Source: a virus (taxonomy: Duplodnaviria; Caudoviricetes). From it: a stretch of DNA of 64,000 nucleotides. The stretch's first letter is position 1; each line of letters begins with the position of its first letter. Shown here piece after piece: positions 58,901-64,000 of the stretch. The translations under genes and the position numbers were made by a program. The DNA lies in IMG/VR virus record IMGVR_UViG_3300032243_001028, positions 32,001 through 96,000 of that record; one strand, written 5' to 3'. The notes beneath the pieces were generated by a model. It did not search any database. It was not told the origin of the DNA and saw only the letters and a list, made by a program, of their open reading frames with translations.

Positions 58901-61179
58901 CTGGAAATATAAATATTACAACTGGAGGCCTAACCAATACTAATGCTAGCGGAACAACTGGAAGCATTTATATAAATGCTGGGGATCTTACTGGAGCATT
59001 TGCTACTGGAACTCCAGGATCTATAAATATAGGAAATACCACTCTAAATATAAATATTGGATATACGGGTGGAGCAAGTACTATTAATATTCCTGGAACA
59101 GTGAATATTGGTACTTCAAGTATTACTACAACAATAAATGGAAATTTAAATCTAGCTTCTGGCTCGGTTTTGAGATTAAATGGCGCAACAATTTTAGATA
59201 CTAATGCTCCAAAAAGCATAGCAAGGTTGATGGGGTACACATCAACAGTTACATCTGGAACAGCATATGTACTATCAAATACAAGCTCTTATTATCAGCA
59301 ATTTACTGGAAGCACTGCTCAAACAATTACTCTTCCAGTTACAAGTACTTTAATAACTGGTTGGACATTCCATCTTGTAAATAATAATAGTGCTGGAAAC
59401 TTGACAGTTAACTCTTCTGGTGGAAACTTAGTGATCACCGTTCCTCCTAACACTACTGCAATGGTAACTTGTATCGGGACTACTTTAACTACTGCCGCAG
59501 ATTGGGAATCTGGTATCACAGATTTCAGTACTTACACCGGTACTGGAAACGTAGTTATGTCTTCTTCTCCAACACTATCTTCTCCAGTTATATCTACAAT
59601 TACAAATACTGGAACTCTTACGCTTCCGACTGCAACTGGAACTTTAGCATTAAATCCTACAACTGCTAAGGGTGATTTGATCTATGCTTCGGCTACAGGA
59701 ACTCCTGGAACTTTAGCTGCCTTAGCTGTTCCGGGCACAAATGGTTATGTGCTTACCTATAACTCTACTTCTGGTCTTCCAGAATGGGCAGCCGCAGCTT
59801 CTGGTGGATCTCTTGGGTACGTTGGTCAGACTCAAACTACATCTTCTGGTACAAACATGGCTATTACTGGTATTACGTCAATTACCGGTCCTACTGGAAC
59901 TACAGCCATTGCTTTAAACAGTGCAGCTGTTACTGGGGCTGCTTCAGGTGCAATAAACGTTATTACTGGTGCTACTACTACCTCTGGTACAACCGGTGCT
60001 GTAACACTTCGATCTGGAAACTCGGCTGCCGCGTCTGGTGCAGTAACTATTTCTACTGGAACTGCTACAGCACCAGCTAACGGTGGAGCTTTGACATTAA
60101 GCACTGGTAATGGTTCGGGAATTGGAAGTACATCCGGAGCAATTTCTATTCTAACTGGTAATGCTGGCTCTACAGGTAACTCTGGTGCCATAACCATTGA
60201 CGTTGGAACATTTAGTACTGGATCTGCTGGAACAATTGGTATTGGTACCACTAACGAAGCTGCGTCTATAACTATCGGTAAGGCATCTTCTACTAAAGTA
60301 ATAACTTTAAATGGGACAGTTAATTATGCAGGTACAACAAGTTCAATACAGTTAAATGGTTCCGCTGGAACTTCAGGTCAAGTTCTAACTTCTGCTGGTG
60401 CAGGTGCAACCCCTACTTGGACTACAGTATCTGGCGGTTCATTTACTGGTGGAGTACTTACATCTTCTCTAACGTTGCGTTTAGGTGGTGTAGGAACCGC
60501 TGGAACTGGACCACTCTACTTTGACAGCACATCTGGTGCAACTAATATTCTTACTACTCCAGTTGCTGGTGCAGTAGAGTATGACGGAACAGCATTTTAC
60601 AAAACCCCTAATGCCACTACAGGTAGAGCAGTTGATGTTGCTTCTTACTACTATGTTTCTGATGGTTCTTATGCTGCTGATTTTTCAATCACTGCTACTG
60701 CTAAAAGCATTTTTGGAAGCGCCACGACTGGTCTAGTGCTTGTTGCTGGAACAACTTATGAGTTTGAACTAAACGTAACTACCTCCGTAACTGCTGTTGG
60801 TTCAGCCTCAACAGCAAAAAGCCACTCATTTTTACTAACTACCGTGTCTGGGTCACCTACTACAACTATCTACCAGCAAATCTCAATAGCAACTAACACA
60901 ACAAGTTTGGCAACTGCATCAACACCAACCACTCGCACAATCACCAGCAACGCCACTGTTACAGTGATTGCCGCTGCTACTGCTGGAACTTCTAGGTATT
61001 CAATCTATAACGTAAAAGGCATTATTCGTGTAACTGGCACAGGTAGCGTAAAGATTTCACCAGCAGCCACAGCCACTGGCGTTGACCCTGATTACTCTTT
61101 CCTTGTTGGTGCTGGTTCTTACATAAAAATAACCCCTATCGGTAACGGAACTGTTGCTGGTGTCGGTACATGGGCATAA
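55906..61179 (+). CDS. Tail fibre / receptor-binding protein
   Basis: TTG start with GGAGG RBS. S.NY.PG.SGWRID..GN.EF..V.VRG.I.A.SG motif, CBM-like region, long Gly/Thr/Ser beta-repeat shaft (SGA[IV].I.TG), C-terminal tip domain. Confidence 0.78.
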   Translation: MANRRIQRGKELSDYLRAMSEDVTKLNNRNHVTSIAANAIGSNEIGEDIVLDNKSISSLNYLPGVSGWRIDGYGNSEFANVYVRGNINAYSGTIGYWNISQPLVKRTFGDYVIQGTLIESSNIGLTDDNVTSGTYVGLFKSYIDDQIDIISISRDSEIAEVTVADHNYSIGDYVKVRVYEDSTFNTDSSVIIDISGNTYKYHSVGPDTVIPEVNGFSILAIRDIAGLYLRDYSKSEFDYGYFSNTGVAYVSAEDVNLVKNPSFEYLTLYASRISSDLSWTTSSGYTFALEQFNDGTNPQYQYDSSYGASITWDSPAPSTYISGTLDYAVGSTYNLYRSGRILYLGMNIFPKYNAYASTPTSVARQIVTGTFTSASSTTTQITYTGTGLNFVVGQRLKVTGFGDSAHNITNVKITSASSTTVVVTRNGAAVATSTGTGSASVLVWKVTTSTDHYLDAYDTALLDFEGNKYDSLYGEYFDYVPRMISTGVYVRTYSVLAYPSRTRSSGNYTFYVSSDNYVDEVNGAGSPVSMTSLDPIGTNPDVATDPYGFTRPVQVYKVVNAAYDISQVRFRFGNGSTVAISDVASIATKSQWNSGINKYYISDSTLYANGYRDATRGLPYMYKSDAIIIDSNLLDYSYSILDETNHALGTDISIDIPAWFYTHDGAGTVVDSTTKFEMNAISNGIGFILDNVYLSTSNKIFYGDVLSTNRWYSDTVEIPTYNPSQASIEGTKKWLNIDLDTQTAYLNYFNYIGFKPSNFSKTMFLNPSLGTSGTNALKILKPTDYETTALSSGEYQYVDNAENYQNLSAYLNLTSGDREAGFELVSSKKEHLITTSTVLFENYALIAGYYDKYNLRSVIQASADRFAISANGLEGKFDRFWVDNLGIGGSLKNSLTLTADSGTNDGTDRYKFNNYSSQSLNFVGSSTITITKTAGTWTFSASGAVSGYIGTTAVQASSAAQGMTGISSISSLSAITITSAGGSATSLYSGSSSSVSGNTGNINITTGGLTNTNASGTTGSIYINAGDLTGAFATGTPGSINIGNTTLNINIGYTGGASTINIPGTVNIGTSSITTTINGNLNLASGSVLRLNGATILDTNAPKSIARLMGYTSTVTSGTAYVLSNTSSYYQQFTGSTAQTITLPVTSTLITGWTFHLVNNNSAGNLTVNSSGGNLVITVPPNTTAMVTCIGTTLTTAADWESGITDFSTYTGTGNVVMSSSPTLSSPVISTITNTGTLTLPTATGTLALNPTTAKGDLIYASATGTPGTLAALAVPGTNGYVLTYNSTSGLPEWAAAASGGSLGYVGQTQTTSSGTNMAITGITSITGPTGTTAIALNSAAVTGAASGAINVITGATTTSGTTGAVTLRSGNSAAASGAVTISTGTATAPANGGALTLSTGNGSGIGSTSGAISILTGNAGSTGNSGAITIDVGTFSTGSAGTIGIGTTNEAASITIGKASSTKVITLNGTVNYAGTTSSIQLNGSAGTSGQVLTSAGAGATPTWTTVSGGSFTGGVLTSSLTLRLGGVGTAGTGPLYFDSTSGATNILTTPVAGAVEYDGTAFYKTPNATTGRAVDVASYYYVSDGSYAADFSITATAKSIFGSATTGLVLVAGTTYEFELNVTTSVTAVGSASTAKSHSFLLTTVSGSPTTTIYQQISIATNTTSLATASTPTTRTITSNATVTVIAAATAGTSRYSIYNVKGIIRVTGTGSVKISPAATATGVDPDYSFLVGAGSYIKITPIGNGTVAGVGTWA

Positions 61180-61188
61180 GGATAACTA

Positions 61189-61332
61189 ATGGATGAGATA
61201 AACGAACTACTGGCTTACTGGGAGACTGAAGGTCTAGTAAATCCTCAAGCATTGAAAGCCGCCCATGATGCTATTATCCTACTAGTGGCTAAAGTAGAAG
61301 AATTAGAAGAGCAAATTAAGAATCTTTCTTAG
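61189..61332 (+). CDS. Small coiled-coil protein (47 aa, MDEINELLAYW...), possible fibre chaperone; not in ORF track
   Basis: AAGGA RBS 9 nt after fibre stop; LLVAKVEELEEQIKNL heptad. Confidence 0.65.
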   Translation: MDEINELLAYWETEGLVNPQALKAAHDAIILLVAKVEELEEQIKNLS

Positions 61333-61471
61333 GTCTAGGCTCTTGCTCTGGACGTCGAACAAATACTATTCCCTGATGTTTTAGTTCGCAGCACTCTGCT
61401 AGTTTTCTAACAACAAATACTTGTTTGCACTCGCTGCACTGATATGGATCTTTTCCATTATTCTGTTTCAC
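61316..61471 (-). CDS. Small Cys/His (zinc-finger-like) protein, 51 aa; not in ORF track
   Basis: GTG start after AAGG; MKQNNGKDPYQCSECKQVFVVRKLAECCELKHQG..., CxxC-x12-C-x3-H spacing. Confidence 0.55.
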   Translation of the reverse strand: MKQNNGKDPYQCSECKQVFVVRKLAECCELKHQGIVFVRRPEQEPRPKKDS

Positions 61472-61577
61472 TCGGGGCCTTACGGTCTGCGATCATTACT
61501 AGTTTATTATCTCATGCGTGTCAGACTGTATTGTGCTAGTGTCTTTGTATAAAGTTACTATATAGATAGGAGACAAA

Positions 61578-62120
61578 ATGACTAAATTTATTGGAATATC
61601 TGGACTGGCTAGATCTGGAAAAGATACTGCCGCTGAGTATTTGGTTAAGAATCATGGATTTACGCGGGTATCTTTTGCTGATCCAATGAGAGAAGCACTA
61701 CTTGCATTAGATCCAAGCGTAGCGTTTGGCATATCCTCCATAAAATTATCAACATTGGTCAGGCTTGGTGGCTGGGATAGAGCTAAAGAAGATAATCCTG
61801 AAGTAAGAGAGCTTATCCAAAAAATGGGTACTGAAGTAGGACGTAATATTTTTGGTAGCAATTTTTGGGTAGATCAAGCTTTTAAAAAAGCTGAGCAATA
61901 CGACAAAGTTGTATTTTCAGACTGTAGATTTATTAATGAAGCAGATGCTGTGGCATCTCGTGGGGGATCTATTTGGAGAATAAATAGACCTGGGCTTCTT
62001 GCTCCAAATAATCATATATCTGAAAAAGAATTAAATAATTACAATTTTAATGCTGTTCTAAGTAATGACAGCACTATAGAAAATTTTTATGGCAAAATTG
62101 AAAAACTTTTGGAGCTTTAA
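61578..62120 (+). CDS. Deoxynucleoside monophosphate kinase (T4 gp1-like)
   Basis: IGISGLARSGKDT, SFADP, R.L.Q..GTE.GR, SDCRF.NE, H.SE. Confidence 0.9.
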   Translation: MTKFIGISGLARSGKDTAAEYLVKNHGFTRVSFADPMREALLALDPSVAFGISSIKLSTLVRLGGWDRAKEDNPEVRELIQKMGTEVGRNIFGSNFWVDQAFKKAEQYDKVVFSDCRFINEADAVASRGGSIWRINRPGLLAPNNHISEKELNNYNFNAVLSNDSTIENFYGKIEKLLEL

Positions 62121-62776
62121 TGTCTGATCAAGGAATAGCACTTTTATATGCTCGTGTGTCTACCCAGCTCCAGGTAAGTGATGGAGTTTCATTAGATGTT
62201 CAAGAACGTCAGCTACGTCAAGCTGCTGAACTAGCTGGATATACAGAGTTTGAACTTGTCCGTGAGGAGGGTCGCTCAGGTAAGTCAATTACGGGCCGTC
62301 CGGCTCTTACAGCCGCTTTAAAGCGTTTAGATACTGGGACTGCTTCAGCCCTATTTGTGACGCGTATCGACCGCTTAGCCCGTTCTACGAAGGATTTCTT
62401 GAGCATCATTGACCGAGCCAATGCTAATAAATGGCGTCTAGTCATGCTTGATCTAAATTTGGATACAGCTAGTTATCAAGGACGCTTTGTGGTTACAATT
62501 ATGTCTGCTTTGGCAGAGATGGAACGTGGGATTATTGCTGAACGTCAAAAGGATGTTCACAAAGATCGACGGGCCCGAGGTATTAAATGGGGTGTTGATA
62601 TGGGCCCTAAAAATAAAACTTCTAATGAAGTAAAAGATCTCATTAGAAAACAGAAAGATTCTGGTCTTTCATTTCACGAAATAGCTAGACGATTAAATAA
62701 TAATGGCGTACCAACCCAAAATGGAGGGAAATGGTACGCCACTACAGTTAAAAATATTTACGATTCTTTAGATTAA
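62120..62776 (+). CDS. Serine recombinase (resolvase-type catalytic domain + short C-terminal DNA-binding domain)
   Basis: YARVST, SL..Q, SGK...RP.L, RIDRLAR, AEMER..I.ER, IA..LN..G.PT..GGKW. Confidence 0.92.
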   Translation: MSDQGIALLYARVSTQLQVSDGVSLDVQERQLRQAAELAGYTEFELVREEGRSGKSITGRPALTAALKRLDTGTASALFVTRIDRLARSTKDFLSIIDRANANKWRLVMLDLNLDTASYQGRFVVTIMSALAEMERGIIAERQKDVHKDRRARGIKWGVDMGPKNKTSNEVKDLIRKQKDSGLSFHEIARRLNNNGVPTQNGGKWYATTVKNIYDSLD

Positions 62777-63501
62777 TCTCTCTTCATAATTGTTTGAGCA
62801 AAACTGCCAGCAAAACCGTAATTTCCATAGTGAACTGTGTCAATCCACGGGGCAGCATAAATCTTCCCGCCAATAGACTTCCATCTTTCACAGAAATAGT
62901 AATCTTCCCCGAGAAGTTGACCGTGCTCGTCAAATTGCATATCAAAAAATTGTGTAAGTTCGCGCTCAACTTGTTTTCCGTTGTGTTGAGTTATATCTTT
63001 ATACGTTTTACAACTTGGAGCTAGCTCTTCAAAAACTCTTCGACTTATATAGACAAGTCCAGTTCCAATTCTTTCAACTTCAAGTGGTTCCGTAATTTTA
63101 ATTTCAGTACCGCTAGGAATTACTCCGGTAAAAAATCCTGCATATTTTTCAAGATCTTCTTCACCGTTTAATGCAGCTTGTCTTACTTGCTCCCAGTTAA
63201 TAGCTTTTTTAGGGTAAATAGCTCCAATAAAATCTTTCCCAGAGTGCACCATGTCTGCTACTCCAATTGGATCAAATCCAGTGTCTGCGTCAATAAATAA
63301 AATTCCATCAGCTTCTTTATTTTGAAGCATGTCGTGGACTAGAGCGTCTCTACCTCTACTAATAATGCTCTCATTACTAATTACTGGATAAAACATTGAG
63401 TCTCCCATACCAGCTAACGTAAAAGATAGCGGAAGAACGCTGTGCATATATCCCCCATGACACATACCACCGTACATAGGGGTAGCAATTGCAATTAACA
63501 T
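62773..63501 (-). CDS. Glycosyltransferase-like (GT-A fold) protein
   Basis: IATPMYGG, ES.I.R.R, LFIDAD (DxD), GTG...I.R.VFE, GEDYYFC.RW; AAGGAG RBS. Confidence 0.75.
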   Translation of the reverse strand: MLIAIATPMYGGMCHGGYMHSVLPLSFTLAGMGDSMFYPVISNESIISRGRDALVHDMLQNKEADGILFIDADTGFDPIGVADMVHSGKDFIGAIYPKKAINWEQVRQAALNGEEDLEKYAGFFTGVIPSGTEIKITEPLEVERIGTGLVYISRRVFEELAPSCKTYKDITQHNGKQVERELTQFFDMQFDEHGQLLGEDYYFCERWKSIGGKIYAAPWIDTVHYGNYGFAGSFAQTIMKRD

Positions 63502-63521
63502 AAAACTCCTTAATTATTAGA

Positions 63522-63547
63522 GGAAGGGGTCTTTTCAGACCCCCTCC
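63522..63547. terminator. Intergenic hairpin between primase and glycosyltransferase-like genes
   Basis: GGGGTCT-TTTC-AGACCCC, extendable with a mismatch. Confidence 0.5.
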
Positions 63548-63595
63548 ATGTCTTTCTCCCGAATAGATCCCAAGACACAATTAAATCCTATACCA

Positions 63596-64000
63596 CTAGT
63601 GCGCTAGGCGTACTGCAACATTCCAATCAATTTCTTTGGATTCTACTGCTCTAGGAGCTAACGTTCTATTCTTAATTTCAGCTTTAGATCCTTGGCCTAT
63701 AATCTGTAGACCTCTGTCTGAAAGCTTTCTATGGAATGCGATCTGAGTAAGTGGACGCTCACCACGTTCATCAGACCACATTCTATAAATTGAGTACATT
63801 TGCTTAACTAAAACCGAAGCACCATCGTTTTCACGAGTTTCTTCATTCAAAAACATGCCAATGCGATCTTCATTCTTACGATAGATCTCGGCTGCCTCAG
63901 AAACGGCCATACACCACCCTAAAGGGTCTCTAGCAGACGATCCTAGGTATTTTATAGCTCCCTCTACAGCCCAAGCTAAAACAGCCGGTAGACCGCCTTC
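63596..64000 (-). CDS. C-terminal part of a P4/D5-family primase-helicase (runs off the window)
   Basis: Frame is open to base 64000 (EGGLPAVLAWAVEGA...). [VI]LAWAVEG, Y....D.IG.FL.E and Y..Y..W....GE..L...AF...L are typical of the D5-type C-terminal region. Confidence 0.8.
   Translation of the reverse strand, partial: EGGLPAVLAWAVEGAIKYLGSSARDPLGWCMAVSEAAEIYRKNEDRIGMFLNEETRENDGASVLVKQMYSIYRMWSDERGERPLTQIAFHRKLSDRGLQIIGQGSKAEIKNRTLAPRAVESKEIDWNVAVRLAH

Noticed and set aside
837-60251. Dozens of short antisense or alternate-frame ORFs in the ORF track
   Set aside because: They lie entirely within long, motif-rich + strand genes, lack RBSs and read as shadow translations.
62120-62776. Invertase-driven tail-fibre switching (Gin/Cin-like shufflon)
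   Set aside because: No inverted alternative fibre tip or flanking inverted repeats were visible near 55906-61500.
63377-63580. 67-aa minus-strand ORF
   Set aside because: Overlaps the glycosyltransferase-like gene start and an intergenic hairpin; no RBS or recognisable motif.
1-64000. tRNA/rRNA genes, CRISPR arrays, IS elements, stop-codon reassignment, portal/terminase/lysis genes
   Set aside because: None recognised. Coding density under the standard code is very high and intergenic gaps are short; portal, terminase and lysis genes presumably lie outside the window.

Overview
This window is the head and tail morphogenesis region of a large tailed phage (siphovirus-type, standard genetic code, AT-rich). 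Its structural genes resemble actinobacteriophage families with separate capsid hexamer and pentamer proteins. Almost everything is on the + strand. It opens with two giant multidomain 'polyvalent' proteins (>2849 aa, 5'-truncated, and 6251 aa). Between them they carry 2 DEDDh exonucleases, an SF1 helicase, ArdC, 4 HExxH zincins, 2 ADP-ribosyltransferase-like domains, 3 GNATs and a ParB-like domain. Next come a 1511-aa multidomain capsid maturation protease, a scaffold-capsid fusion, a pentamer-like protein, tail tube, neck genes, tail chaperones, tape measure and three large tail-tip proteins. The window ends with a dNMP kinase, a serine recombinase and, on the - strand, a glycosyltransferase-like gene and the end of a P4/D5-type primase-helicase. 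Two observations stand out. (1) A peptide motif P[SN]QNRE recurs 14 times, with varied codons, at the domain boundaries of the two giant proteins. This suggests virion-packaged effector polyproteins cut or sorted at a dedicated signal, distinct from a second Ala-centred motif that punctuates the protease and capsid proteins. (2) The distal-tail protein contains seven carbohydrate-binding-like domains nested one inside another; mirror-image ordering of head and body paralog types supports this. All functional calls come from motifs read by eye; no database search was run.
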